64,000 bases of DNA. It comes from Octopus vulgaris (lineage: Eukaryota). This document shows, piece by piece, positions 13,477 to 28,438 of this stretch. A program made the position numbers and the translations under genes. How positions within the stretch are numbered: position 1 is the stretch's first letter; the number at the start of each line of letters is the position of its first letter. The stretch is from contig OX597833.1 in NCBI GenBank assembly GCA_951406725.2, positions 7,936,001 to 8,000,000 of the forward strand. The letters run 5' to 3'. Under the pieces are notes generated by a model. That model was not told the DNA's origin and searched no databases. It saw only the letters and a program-made list of their open reading frames with translations.

Positions 13477-14077
13477 TAGTTTTATTTTTATTTTTATAGC
13501 GTGCTTTCACTTCACTACCGAGCGCAGCTCTGTGTGCCTTGGGTATGTGCTGTGATTTGTTGTGATGCTCTGATGGTTATTGTATGGAAAGTGTTCTGCG
13601 TAGGATGTGTGCAGTGCCTAGTAGTGCAATTTTCTGTATGTTATATGTGTTTGTAAGTCCTGGTGTTTTTGTTATGTATTTGTCTGAATATTTTTTTATC
13701 ATGCCTAATGCACCTACTATGATAGGAATTGTTTCTGTTTTCAGATTCCACATTCTAGTTACCTCTATTTCCAGGTCTTTGTATTTTGAGAGTTTCTCCA
13801 TTTCTTTTAGAGACACGTTGTCATCTGCCGGTACTGATACATCAATTAGAAAGCATTTTTTTTCTTCATGGTCTCTGACAACTATATCTGGTCTGTTGGC
13901 CTTAATTTCTCTATCTGTGTGTATCGGCATATCCCAGAGTATGGTTGCTTTCTCGTTTTCTGTGACCTTTTCTGGTGTGTGCCTATACCATCTTTTTTCT
14001 GTTGTTATTCCATAATGTTGGCATAGCTTCCAATGTATGTAAGTTCCAACTCTGTCATGTCTGTGAATATATTCCTT
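13474..14077 (-). mobile_element. 5'-truncated R4/Dong-clade non-LTR retrotransposon (RLE domain + 3' UTR)
   Basis: Open frame YIHRHDRVG...ILWD...NRPDIVV...LIDVSVP...EKLSKYKDL...IPIIVGALG...LLGTAHILRRTL* (RHD and PD..D motifs), ~100-nt 3' UTR, (TAA)n on both sides. Confidence 0.92.
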
Positions 14078-15017
<940 letters not shown>

Positions 15018-15388
15018 GTTAAAACTCACAGCTTATTTGGCTGTGCATGATGGAAAGGGAGTCAGCTGTCCACAGCCAGCAGACTAAGGTGACACTTGTT
15101 TACTGGTCATGCTTCAAAAACCCTGTCAAGAATTCTTGCAGTTCCAGAGACAATGTTGACTTTTGTAGGCGTTCTACCCTTGCATTTGTATCAATCTCTT
15201 TCACGCCATGTTGGTAGTTGAGTGCTGATACTCCCAAGTGCACCAATTACAATTGGTATCACGTCTTCTCTCTTCATTGACCACAACCTTCGTATTTCCC
15301 TCTTCAAATCGTCAGAGTTGTTCAGATTTCCTTCTTCTTTCCCTTTGATTCTGTTGTCATCAAGACATAATATGTCGATTATCATGCA
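15018..15388 (-). mobile_element. Second, more decayed R4/Dong-type 3' fragment (different family)
   Basis: IIDILCLDDNRIKGKEE...DDLKREIRRLWSMK...IPIVIGALGS...GTARILDRVF; its 3' end runs into (TAA)n, its 5' side abuts (TAC)n/(TAA)n. Confidence 0.85.
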
Positions 15389-15389
15389 T

Positions 15390-15492
<103 letters not shown>

Positions 15493-15598
15493 AACGCTTT
15501 TCATCCCTGTGTGTCAGATAGACAGAAGATACATACATATACATACATACATACATACATACATATACATACATACATACATACATATACATACATAC

Positions 15599-15629
<31 letters not shown>

Positions 15630-15994
15630 CATAGACAGACAGACAGACAGGCAAGCAGACAAACAGATGTTATATGACAAAATGGTGTTGCAGATTTTAT
15701 AGAGGCAGGTGCTTTTATTTCGTGCAAACCCGACGAATCCGATTTGCCTTTCGTCTTTTTCTTGCTTGACATAATATAGTACCAGTTGCATAATGGGGTA
15801 GATTTAACCGAGTAAAACCTCGCCCTCCTCCCTCTTGGAAACGGCCGTGATTGTAGCAGTCGAGTGGGAAATCATTTTAGTCTTCCATTGGTGTGTTTTG
15901 GTCTGTGTGTCTTTCACAGCTTCGGGATTCGTCCAACAGAAAATGGCGTAAAGTGGAGCACCGTGTGTGTGCGTGCGTGTGCGAGCGTGTGCGA

Positions 15995-16029
<35 letters not shown>

Positions 16030-16194
16030 TGTGTGCGTGTGTGTGTGAGTGTGTGTGTGTGCGTGATGGCTAGATAGTGTGTCTGTATTTATACACGCAC
16101 ACATACACATACAAACATACACACAGATATACATATGCACACATACATACATGCGTGCACCCTAGAACATACATACATACATACACCCATGTAT

Positions 16195-16225
<31 letters not shown>

Positions 16226-16480
16226 CACCCGCATGTAAAAGTCGGGTGTTTAATTATTTCTTACTCCCATCACATCATTTATTTATCAAAGCCGCCACAT
16301 CTCTTTGAAACAAATGATTATTATTGTTATTATTATTATTATTGTTGTTGTTGTTATTATTATTGTTGTTATTATCATCATCATCATCATCATCGTTCTT
16401 GTTGTTATTGTTGCTGTGGTTATTCTTGTTATTATTTCTTTGCATTATTGTTATTATTGATGTTATAATAATAACAATAA

Positions 16481-16546
<66 letters not shown>

Positions 16547-16601
16547 GGAAAGAGAAGGATCGTTTTTGATTTCATCTTATCCCCCTTCACACACACACAC
16601 A

Positions 16602-16644
<43 letters not shown>

Positions 16645-16705
16645 ACACACACACACACACCTACACACACGCACATACACGCCCGCACGCATATTATTTA
16701 TTTTT

Positions 16706-16803
16706 TCCAGATCTTTATATCTGGATAATTTCTCCAATTCTTTTATCCATAAAACAAGTCTTCAGATTAGTATTGTTCTTCCTCCACTTCCTGCCTTTAC
16801 CGT
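16706..16803 (-). mobile_element. Tiny R4/Dong RLE remnant
   Basis: LEKLSRYKDLE matches EKLSKYKDLE of the 13474 element; adjoins (TGA)/(TAA)n. Confidence 0.55.
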
Positions 16804-16840
16804 TATTATTATCATCATCATCATCATCATCATCATCATG

Positions 16841-17030
<190 letters not shown>

Positions 17031-17188
17031 TCTTTCAAATTTGAAGCCATTGAAGCATGAAATTATTTTGCAGTTGGATAGTGTTTCACTTCGATTCGCC
17101 TCCTTCGTTTTCATTTTTCATTTTCCCTTCTGTTTTTTGCTTCCATTACTTTACCAATGTTTTGGTTGATGCTAACATCATTATTATT

Positions 17189-17225
<37 letters not shown>

Positions 17226-17364
17226 CAGCTCCATTTAACATTATAAATGGAGATCGTCAAAGTTAACACGATTTGACGTAAATCCCGTTAACTTGGGAGG
17301 ATTAAACGCGACTTGGCGTCGTGGTTTGGCAACTGGAAACGTTATACACACACACACAAATATG

Positions 17365-17480
<116 letters not shown>

Positions 17481-17601
17481 CAGAGTACATGTATGTATAG
17501 AGAGATAGTTGCACCAGATGTATATCTCTAGGTATATATAAGATTTACATGCACATGTATACATAAATGAGTACTTCCTACATACATACATCCATACAGA
17601 C

Positions 17602-17666
<65 letters not shown>

Positions 17667-18082
17667 CATATATATATACATATATATATATATATATGTA
17701 TGTATGTATACATGTAGACATCATATATGCAGGTGTATATATGTGTGTGTGTGTAGACGTATATCTGAATATATACAAACACACACACACATGTACACAC
17801 ATGCACTTTCATATCCATACACATATTCACTTAATTCTCATAAACGTACTTTTAGTATCGCACGCACATCTAGATACGCACATACAGACCTGTTTATACA
17901 ACAGCATGTAATACACGTAAACACACACACTCACACACATATATATACACACTTGCAAATACAGTCAAACACATGCAAGAACATTCCGAAGCTGTTGAAC
18001 AATAAGGTATACACCACCGTGTCATATATTACACATATGTTAGTATATATAATACGTACCAACTAATACATATATATAAATA

Positions 18083-18133
<51 letters not shown>

Positions 18134-18135
18134 GA

Positions 18136-18238
<103 letters not shown>

Positions 18239-18358
18239 GGAAAAAATTGCACATATGCTAACATTCTTCCATTCAAACAAGATCTAATTGTAACCCATTC
18301 CGTACATACACACACACAAACACACGCAGACACACACATATATACACACATGCATATT

Positions 18359-18410
<52 letters not shown>

Positions 18411-18718
18411 GGGGACGTTGACCTCACAGAGCGCCGAGCTGTTTCAACGTTTTGCTCCAATCTCGTCAGAGGTCACACATGGTTATATCAATAACTTAGA
18501 TCAAACCCATCCATGTTAATTATAGATATAATCGTATTTGATCGCTGATGCGAATGTAGTTAACACTTCTGAAACATATGTGGTCGAACGTAGTCACTGC
18601 CGTTTTACTGGTGGCGGTCATGGGGGGAGGGCGTTTGCGGCGGCAGCCGTGGTATTGCTAGAAGGATCGTTGCTGCAGTTGAGTTTCTTATTCTTGTCGT
18701 TACATAATGATGATGATG

Positions 18719-18780
<62 letters not shown>

Positions 18781-18799
18781 AATAATGATAATGATAATA

Positions 18800-18836
<37 letters not shown>

Positions 18837-18852
18837 CAACAACAACAACAAC

Positions 18853-18883
<31 letters not shown>

Positions 18884-18886
<3 letters not shown>

Positions 18887-19440
18887 GCCCTAATGCAGTA
18901 CCAGGCAGTGGCTCTCATGGCTTCTGATCTTAACTGATTGGAAGTGTTATCATGTACATTGTTTTGTCTTGGTATAAAAGATGGGCTACAGCAAATATTC
19001 TGCTCAATACCACAGATTTGCTTGTCAGTTGTTTGACCTTAACCAGTTGAGCATGTCCCTTAGTGGCTGACGATATGTGCATCTCTGATCACGAGCAGAA
19101 GTAGTGGGGGAGCATCATAGCCATGTGTTGAGAGGGATTCTTTGGGGTTTGAATAGTTCACCTCTGGAAACATGGGTGGTTCTTTCAACATCCTTAAGCA
19201 ACCCTTATTCAGGGACCGTTTGAGCGGGATGGGCTACTCAACCTGAAGAAAATTCTAACTGGGCCCCACCTGCAAGGTCATCTGCTGTTTATCTTGATAT
19301 GAAATCACCATGTCGCGCACATATGGTTGTGATGCATGTGCCTGGTGTACCTTTATCAGACGGGTAGTCATGATGGGTATATTGGGCTTCGTATATTTTA
19401 CCCCAGTGTCACCTTGATGGCATGAACTGCTCTCTCACTC
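18884..19440 (+). mobile_element. ~556 bp non-coding element inserted in (TAA)n
   Basis: Complex sequence with (AAT)n on both sides; diverged partial copy at ~51830-51977 (CCTGAAGAAAATTCTAACTGGG...ATATGGTTGT..ATGCATGT.CCTGGTG). Confidence 0.75.
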
Positions 19441-19513
<73 letters not shown>

Positions 19514-19974
19514 TATTGTCTGTCTTTGTTGTAGATCCTAAGGGGACCAGCGGCGAAGTTAGACGGTGAACGTTTGTACCAGCCCGGTATGACAAAGAAT
19601 AGCGTATCTTCTGGATGGCCATAAACAGCTTGCCTGCCGCCGACATCACAACTGAATCATCTCATCTGTCCATGTTTTCTACTTTGAATATCACATAGAA
19701 CAGTCTTCAACAATTTTATGACATTTCGTGAGTGTGTATACATAATATACACACCGCACATATTTAGGAAATATAATATACATTACATACACACATACAA
19801 ATAGATACATATGAATATATATACATATATATATATATATATGTGTGTGTGTATGTATGTATTATGTATGTATATATGTATATATATGTATATGTATATA
19901 TCAATGTATAAAAATCTTTTATATTTTGCTCAATGTATATCAGTAATATTTATGTCCATAATCCTTATTGGCTC

Positions 19975-20051
<77 letters not shown>

Positions 20052-20053
20052 CA

Positions 20054-20086
<33 letters not shown>

Positions 20087-20087
20087 T

Positions 20088-20690
20088 CAACTCAGAATCA
20101 AGGAACTTTTATCATTCCTCAAAAGCAATACCAGTCCCTTAATGCATTGGGGGATCAGAAGGTTTACCAATCAATACTTTCTTTTCATGTACTGTATCTT
20201 GGGCCAATCAGTTTGTCGGAGCCAATCTTCTGGTGTGTGTATATATAACTGAAACTATTGGGACCTAAGAGGAAATAATTTGAATAATTTCGCCGATAAC
20301 TTAATTATACAAATTCATACACCCCCCACCCACTTTGTTGAGTTATGTTCCCTTACCATGTTTTTGTTTTTATGCAAATTACACTCTTTTTGTATACATA
20401 AAATTGTCTACACCCGATCCAGATAGGACTGTTTTCATCTGAAGAGATCAAACTGATATCGAAACACTGTGTCCATAGTTGTGCCTGCCTCGAAACGGAG
20501 ATCATAAAGGGTTTTTACGAAACATGTTAATTCATTCAGAAATTTATTCCTAATATCTTAAATTTATCTCCATTTTTTTACTCTAGCGTTGCTCACATTT
20601 TTCACCGGATTTTGATTGCCATCTCCGTCTAAAAGAAGTTCAATAAATTCAGAATTTATTTAGAACATCGCTTAAATTTCTTACACACAT
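20088..20690 (+). mobile_element. Probable decayed Penelope-like 3' region with a hammerhead-like motif at 20439-20473
   Basis: CTGAAGA GAT...ATC GAAA CACTGTG TC core; upstream degenerate sequence only loosely resembles a GIY-YIG C-terminus. Confidence 0.45.
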
Positions 20691-21035
20691 GCACACCAAC
20701 ACGCACACAATCACAAACAACACACACACACACACACACGCACACACACACACATATACATATATATAACAAAAGGGAGCAGAGTCAAGTACATGCAACG
20801 AACACCGGACTCAGTTGTGGGTTTCAGCATTTTGCTGAAATACGTGTATGTTCCATAAAGCTTTGAATACCACGCATGTTTTCTGCTTATTATTCTATGT
20901 GGGAGACTGTGTATATATATGTATACACACACAGACGCTTGTTTAGTATCTATGTATCAATGTACACATATATAAATGTATATATAACAAATTACGTGCA
21001 ACTAGATTAAAAGTATTTCATTATATTCATATATG

Positions 21036-21245
21036 AAGGCGGCGAACTGGCAGAAACGTTAGCACGTCGGGCGAAATGCTTAGCAGTATTTCGTCTGCCG
21101 TTACATTCTGAGTTCAAATTCCGCCGAGGTCGAATTTGCTTTTCGTCCTTTCAGCATCGATAAAATACATACCTGCTGAATTCTGAGGTCAATTTAAACG
21201 ACTTCCCCCTCCCCACAACCTCCTGGCCTTGTGCCAAAATTCGAT
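21036..21245 (+). mobile_element. SINE family M copy
   Basis: AAGGCGGCGAACTGGCAGAAACGTTAGCAC...GAGTTCAAATTCCGCCGAGGTCG. Confidence 0.85.
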
Positions 21246-22383
21246 ACCATTTTATACATTAACATTCATAGATAAACATACGTACATATATACATACTTA
21301 CAGACATACATATTCACATGCTCACGCACACAGATAAACATAAGCCTACACACAGACAGACACCCTTTCTCCTCCATAGATACAGCACTAAACAAAAAAT
21401 TCCCCATAACATCATTTAACTGCAATTTCTATCACGATTGCCTTTTTGTTATTGTTATTGTATTCCTACATGCCAGATCTCATCACATGACCTATGATGA
21501 TATGTTTTCCAACTGTGACCTTCCCGCCTTTTCTGCGATACTTCATTTCAAACTACAATATCCAGTATTTCTCGCCTCATTTTATTAAAGGCTGTAGCGT
21601 AATATTTAAGATTTGACTGTTACTTCTAGCATGAGGAGTGACCACATAGAGCTGCATTTCTCACCCTGGTGGCAGTAATATTCATTTCATGAGATGCCGG
21701 AATATTTAAGAAACAGATTCACATTCTAATATAAATAAGAAACAACTTCAAATTAAGCTACAGCTGTTTCTGCGTAGGATTACAAGACCAGCATGGGACC
21801 ATACCACTTTTTCTTTACATTTCGAAAGGGTAGGTGCTGGGTGGTTCCACTTATCGCCAAAAGAGGATGGTTAGGAAGGTTGGGAAACATTCATAGGGGT
21901 TCTGTCAATGGGATTTTCCTGCCAATGGTTCTTCTCCGGATGTCTTCTCATGTTTTCATATTCAAACCGAACCATCAAGTCCATCAGCTCCACCAACGTT
22001 GGAAGGTCTTCGAAGGTGAAGACTATGACATTACCTCGTCATTAAATCATTAAGTAGGACCTACTTAACTTTTCCTCCATATGCAATTATTTTCATTATT
22101 GTATTTCGGGACAACATAACATAATTAGGATTTTTTAAAGCTGGGGTCTGTGAATAAAATAACCCTGTTATCGCACTAACCGGATACAGCGGCATTGTGA
22201 CTGCAAGAAGAGTTATTGAAGTGCGACGAAACTTTTTAACACTTCATAATAAACTGTGCTTTTAAGAAATAAACGGAAAATGAATATAACAAGGCTTTGT
22301 GTGCTTTTAAATGGTTCAAATGATTCTTCGACGATGGAATTGTTTTCAGGTTAAGAAATGGTCTCAGATCCCAACAACAAACA

Positions 22384-22607
<224 letters not shown>

Positions 22608-22691
22608 TGTACGCAAAAAAGTTTTTGGTTGACGTTTAGAACTTACGCACTGGATTAACAATTGCACATGTTGAACATATATATACATACC

Positions 22692-22757
<66 letters not shown>

Positions 22758-22920
22758 TATATACATCCCTCTCATATGTACATAATCATCCCTCTCATAT
22801 GTATATAATACAATTTACTGAACGTTCAGATTTTAATATGCTAGACCACTGGTGTTAAATTGATGTAAATTAATATCCAATTTCTCACCCAAATTTTAAA
22901 TTTAAATTTATATATATATA

Positions 22921-23661
22921 TATATAATAACGATACTTTTTTAAAAGACACTAGCTTTGCTGAACATAGGAGCTAAAACCCTCCGAGCCACAAAAATTAA
23001 CACTATATTTACACAGACATGGTCGGAAAAAAATCTAAGTGAATTAAAGAATTGCCTCTTACCTCTGCAAAAATGTAAAAAGGAATTCCAGTTAACTTGA
23101 TATCAAGATTTCGAATTTAGCGCCAAAAGACGCTTGATTCTCTTCAGTCAAGTCCACCGTAAAATAAACACGTGATTATCACTTAAGCCAATGCCTGAGT
23201 CCGTTTCAGTGGCCTTGCAGCACTGACAAAAACGAAATTAGGTGAATACAAACAACATGAATACTCACGAGAGATATTGATGTTAATGGCCGCAAGCTAA
23301 AGCCGTATCGGCAAAATAATTGGATAAATATATTTAAAAAATCATATATAATAAGGGTGCTTTTTAAAAAGACACCAGCTTTGCTGAACATAGGAGTTAA
23401 ATCCCTCCGAAGCCACAAAAATTAACACTATATTTATATAGGCATGCTTGGAAAAAAAATTAATGGCTTCAGAGGGTTTTAGCTCCTATGTTCAGCAAAG
23501 TTGGTGTTTTTAAAAAAGCACCTTTATTATATATGATTTTTAAAATATATTTATCCAATTATTTTTCCAATCCGGCTTTAGCTTGCGGCCACTAACATCA
23601 ATATCTCTCGTGAGTATTAACGTTCTTTGTATTCACCTAATTTCGTTTTTGTCAGTGCTGC
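22921..23661. mobile_element. Hammerhead-containing element with ~115 bp direct repeat and ~200 bp inverted repeat (Penelope pLTR/retrozyme-like)
   Basis: Direct repeats ~22921-23034 and ~23345-23460; inverted arms ~23217-23415 and ~23464-23661; TA repeats at both ends. Confidence 0.85.
23094..23154 (-). ncRNA. Type I hammerhead ribozyme with canonical core
   Basis: Minus strand: gacuuga CUGAAGA GAAUcaAGCGUC uuuu GGCGCUaaAUUC GAAA UCuuGA UA ucaaguu; 7-bp stem I, 10-bp stem II with a 2x2 loop, short stem III, AUA triplet. Confidence 0.85.
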
Positions 23662-24550
23662 TATATATATCTTAAGGAAAATAAATATGCACACGCCACA
23701 TCTAGAACTGATACGATTCTTCGAGAGATTACAGAGTCTATACACATAGCAATAGACAGACGGAGCCTCAACAGAAAACAGGAATGCAACAATAACATCT
23801 AACACCACCACCATGCAACACGGCAACTAAAGACAGAAGCGAGGGAAAAAAAACAGATACAAACAGAGTAGTACACACACAATAGACAGATATGCACATA
23901 TCTATGATAAATATAAGAAACAGAAATAGATAAACCAAAAAAGAACTGTGTAAAGGATATGGATACAAACAATGTAGGAAGCGAACTCATACACACACAC
24001 AAACACACATAGAGTCACTTTACACACGACTACAACAACATCGACAACAGCAACAACGGCAGCAGTAGCAACAACAACAACTACCACGATGGCAAGAGCG
24101 TGGGCGAACACACAAACACAGAGAGATACAGGAACGGTACGAAAAGTTGGGGTCAAGGGCAGCAGCAGCAGCGGCAACGGGGGAGGGAACAGGATTGGAG
24201 TGGGGTCAAAGTGCTATTACGAACAACGACAATAACTATGACAACAGTATAAAGGGCATAAGCCCATATATAAGCACATAGGCACACGTACACACACACA
24301 TATACACAAACACAATCACACACAAATACAAGCGCGAACGTATGCGAATATAAGGATACACATCATAGAGGAACAGAATAGACTAAGCGGAGAAGGAGCA
24401 CACACGAGGACGGAAACTGTCACTGAAGAGGTCACAGATGTGTGATGAAAGATTTCCTGAAAATGAGCATAAGAACAGTAATAAACGAATGAAGAACAAA
24501 TATCTAATGCAAGTGTTTATTTGCCCCCCCCCCCAAATGACCGTCTTGTA

Positions 24551-24616
<66 letters not shown>

Positions 24617-24639
24617 CCGGTAGCTCCAAAAGTACTTTT

Positions 24640-24793
24640 TATTCTCTCTCTGTTTATTCTCTCGTGTTCCTTTCTGTTGAAGAGCGTAGGCTCGAAACGT
24701 AAAAGACTTTCTCACCTAACCGAGCGTTAAACTAATACACCTGTTTGTTGTTCATACACCTGTCTTCGTCTTTTGTTTTTCTGTAAACTTCAA

Positions 24794-24796
<3 letters not shown>
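24640..24796 (+). mobile_element. Short repeat-like element between microsatellites with a hammerhead-like degenerate motif
   Basis: cttt CTGTTGAA GAGC gtag GCTC GAAA CG TA aaag; the core deviates from CUGANGA. Confidence 0.4.
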
Positions 24797-24838
<42 letters not shown>

Positions 24839-24861
24839 CATATATATACATATATATATAC

Positions 24862-24893
<32 letters not shown>

Positions 24894-25581
24894 GTATGTG
24901 TGTATGTATGTGTGTATGTATGTGTGTATGTATGTGTGTATGTATGTATGTATGTATGTATGTATGTATGTATGTATTACGTATGTATATACACAGGAAT
25001 ATACAACCGATAGCCTCTACTTCCTCTTCCCTAAATGGTGTTTCTCTATGACTCGTACGAACTCATTTCCCATCAAACACCCCCGCCCCCTCTCTCCCCC
25101 CAAATCCACCTTTATTGTCACCACCTCTCACTTCCACTCCTTCATAGAACCACACCAAACACCTGCTCTGTCACCCATAAAACACTACCACCACCAATAC
25201 TACTACTACTGTTACTACTACTACTACTAAACGCCTGATGTGCGAGAGCGATATTGGATCAATGAAACGATTGAAGTCAACCAGCCAACAATCGTTCCAT
25301 GTCTGACCACCACAACTCTTTAACTACCAACAGATTCTTTTGTCGTCCTCACAAAAGCCACAAAATGTTTATCTTTATTGGACAATCAACTAAAGTGGTT
25401 CTCGCTTCTGCTGCTGCTGTTGCTGCTGTGTGCGTGTATACACCAGATTGTATGCGTGTGTACATGTATATATATATATAAGCTGTATAGCCGAATATAA
25501 AATTACTACCTATATACATAGGGTGCGGTGAATAAGTTGTCGTCTAAATTAGGCAAAAATGAAAATGACACTAACATCTCA

Positions 25582-25817
25582 GCAGCATCGGTTGTCAAGC
25601 AATGTTGGGAGGACTAACACAGACACACAAACATATACATATACAAACATATACACGGCGGGCTTCTTTCAGTTTCCGTCTACCAAATCCACAAGTAAAG
25701 TTTTAGTCGGCCGGAGGCTATAGTAGGAGACACTTGCCCAAGTTGCCACGCAGTGGGACTGAACCCGGAACCATGTGGTTGGTAAGCAAGCTACTTACCA
25801 CACAGCAACTCCTACGC
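25582..25817 (-). mobile_element. SINE family C, 5' portion
   Basis: Reverse-complement match to the 5' part of 5891-6290. Confidence 0.85.
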
Positions 25818-25845
25818 ATATATATATATATAGAGAGAGAGAGAG

Positions 25846-25894
<49 letters not shown>

Positions 25895-25984
25895 TATATA
25901 CATACATGCATACATACACACATACATACACACACACACACACACACAATATATATGCATATATATATATATATATATATATGG

Positions 25985-26330
25985 GCACAAGACATTAAAA
26001 AAACATTGAATACAATGAGAAACGAAAACATAAAAACAAAAACATAGAAAACGAATTATTTTTCGAACAACGAAAAAACAGAGAAACGAGACATGCAACA
26101 TAAAAAATATTCCCCTTCATCAGTTGTCCTGTTTCATCTACTCTGCGTTACGAAGGCAAGGACAATACGCGACTTCGTTGAAACAGTCCTTCCCGCAAAG
26201 CAAATTAAATAAAATTTGGGATTTTTTGCGGAGGGTGAAAGTGTTAGGGTCATAGCTTGTAAAGGATTGGGGTTCGTTTTTAATTTATTAGCCTTTTTTT
26301 TATCAACTACCAAATCTAAGGCTAAAGTAC
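25985..26330. mobile_element. Dispersed repeat, same family as 8860-9010
   Basis: Shared sequence blocks; begins right after (TA)n. Confidence 0.65.
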
Positions 26331-26441
26331 AGTGTGTGTGCGTGTATGTGCGTGAATGTGTGTGTGTGTGAGTGTGTGTGTGCGTGCGTGCGTGTGTGTG
26401 TTTGTGTGTGTGTCTGTGCGTGTGTGTGTGTGTTTTGTGTG

Positions 26442-26497
<56 letters not shown>

Positions 26498-27011
26498 GTG
26501 TGTGTGTGTGTGTGTGTGTTTGTATGTGTGTTTGTGTGTGTGTCTGTGACTGTGTGTGTGTACATGTCTTCGTGTCCGTGTTTGTCTCCACAGCCACTGC
26601 TTGACAATTGGTGCTTATTTGTTTACGCCTCCACAACCGACCAATAGAATAATATCTTTAAAGAAAAATAAGTCCCTGGGGCGATTTGTTCGACTAAAAC
26701 CGTACAAGATCGTTTCCCTGCATGGCTGTTGTCCAATGATTAAAAGAAATAAAGACTGTGTATATAAAAGCATGTAAATATTGAGTTGAATTTTCTATCA
26801 AAAGACAGATCGATCTGACTTTGAACTGACGCCGGGAACTCTTCACACACTAACAGAAGAAGGGAATTTTTATCCCGAAATATTGCAATACTAAAAACAG
26901 AATTTTTAGATATTTCTACACTTTTGTTATGTATTAGCAGCGCCATATTTTATTCTCTTTTATTTTTCACTCGCTCGCATTGCCACAAGGCATCATCAAA
27001 ACTCCCCATAT

Positions 27012-27060
<49 letters not shown>

Positions 27061-27064
<4 letters not shown>

Positions 27065-27442
27065 TAAGGGCTCCTAAATAAAGATGCCGAGTGCTGGGAA
27101 CACAAAAAGGGGATGAATTTATCGAGAGTGAAAATCAAAAACGTTTACCGATAACTTTAACAACTCGTACCGCGGTTTCTGCTTCTTTCTAGCAAAACAC
27201 AGAATATGTTTGCTAAGGCCAGCTTCATCAGCGAGTCGCCTGAATTTAATCGAGGTCTGCAGCGATGTGGGGCTATGTGTTAAACCCGACTACTAGCAGA
27301 TCTTAACTTTTCAAATCTCTGCGCAGACGCAAAATTTACACGGGCATGCCGGGAAGAATTTTACGAATAAATTCATCATGTAGTATGCGAATATAAACAA
27401 GAAGGGTAGTAAATAATATTACTACCCTTCTTGTTTATATTC

Positions 27443-27443
<1 letters not shown>
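27061..27443. mobile_element. (TA)n-embedded ~380 bp element with a hammerhead and a terminal 25-bp perfect hairpin
   Basis: (TA)n on both sides; arms 27388-27412 and 27419-27443 are perfect reverse complements. Confidence 0.8.
27161..27238 (-). ncRNA. Type I hammerhead ribozyme, near intact
   Basis: Minus strand: cgacucg CUGAUGA AGCU..UUAGCAAACAUAuucUGUGUUUUGCUAG..AGCA GAAA CCGCGG UA cgaguug; A.A mismatch at the stem II closing position. Confidence 0.75.
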
Positions 27444-27519
<76 letters not shown>

Positions 27520-27530
27520 TTGTATATGTG

Positions 27531-27576
<46 letters not shown>

Positions 27577-28012
27577 CACATATACACATACATACATATG
27601 ACCATTCCGAAATACAACAATGTATATATATATATATATATATGGTGTAAATGATTGAGAACACTTTCAGCTTGCCTCGGCGTCAGACATTATTTTAAAT
27701 ATTCCTCGTTCACCAACCAAATCAGTCACAACATTGTTTAATTATTCATAGCAGACAATGTGTTTCAGCAGATCAACTGACAGCGACATTAATGTGTTGA
27801 CGCCTTCAAGAAACAAAACCATTCTTGTCTGCTTTTTGTTCTTCATACCCGAGAATGGGCTAACCTATTGCTTATATATATATATATAATATATACTATA
27901 TATTTATGTATTATATAGGTGTAACACGGAATATCTTCCTATATTATATAGGCTAACATACTAATTCCATACTATATTACAAAGATAACATATTATATAG
28001 GCAAATATATTG

Positions 28013-28438
28013 TTTTTACTCTTTACTCTTTTACTCTTTTACTTGTTTCAGTCATTTGACTGCGGCCATGCTGGAGCACCGCCTTTAGTCGAGCAAATCG
28101 ACCCCGGGACTTATTCTTTGTAAGCCCAGTACTTATTCTATCGGTCTCTTTTGCCGAACCGCTAAGTGACGGGGACGTAAATACACCAGCATCGGTTGTC
28201 AAGCAATGCTAGGGGGACAAACACACAGACACAAACACACACAAACATACACACACATATATATATATACATATATACGACTGGCTTCTTTCAGTTTCCG
28301 TCTACCAAATCCACTCACAAGGCATTGGTCGGCCCGGGGCTATAGCAGAAGACACTTGCCCAAGATGCCACGCAGTGGGACTGAACCCGGAACCATGTGG
28401 TTGGTTAACAAGCTACTAACCACACAACCACTCCTGCG
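28013..28438 (-). mobile_element. SINE family C, full length
   Basis: Reverse-complement match to 5891-6290 including the repeated TTTTACTC tail. Confidence 0.9.

Noticed and set aside
18430-18475. Minus-strand CUGACGA...GAAA CAGC UC
   Set aside because: Stem I only 2 bp and stem II mostly G-U; chance level
19535-19569. Possible acceptor (TTTGTTGTAG) giving a short in-frame terminal exon DPKGTSGEVRR* for the Ig gene; similar case at ~17229
   Set aside because: Only a splice-like motif; indistinguishable from chance without transcripts
21790-22240. Possible Tc1-like relic
   Set aside because: Only a vague DGxDG-like resemblance; no ordered motifs or termini
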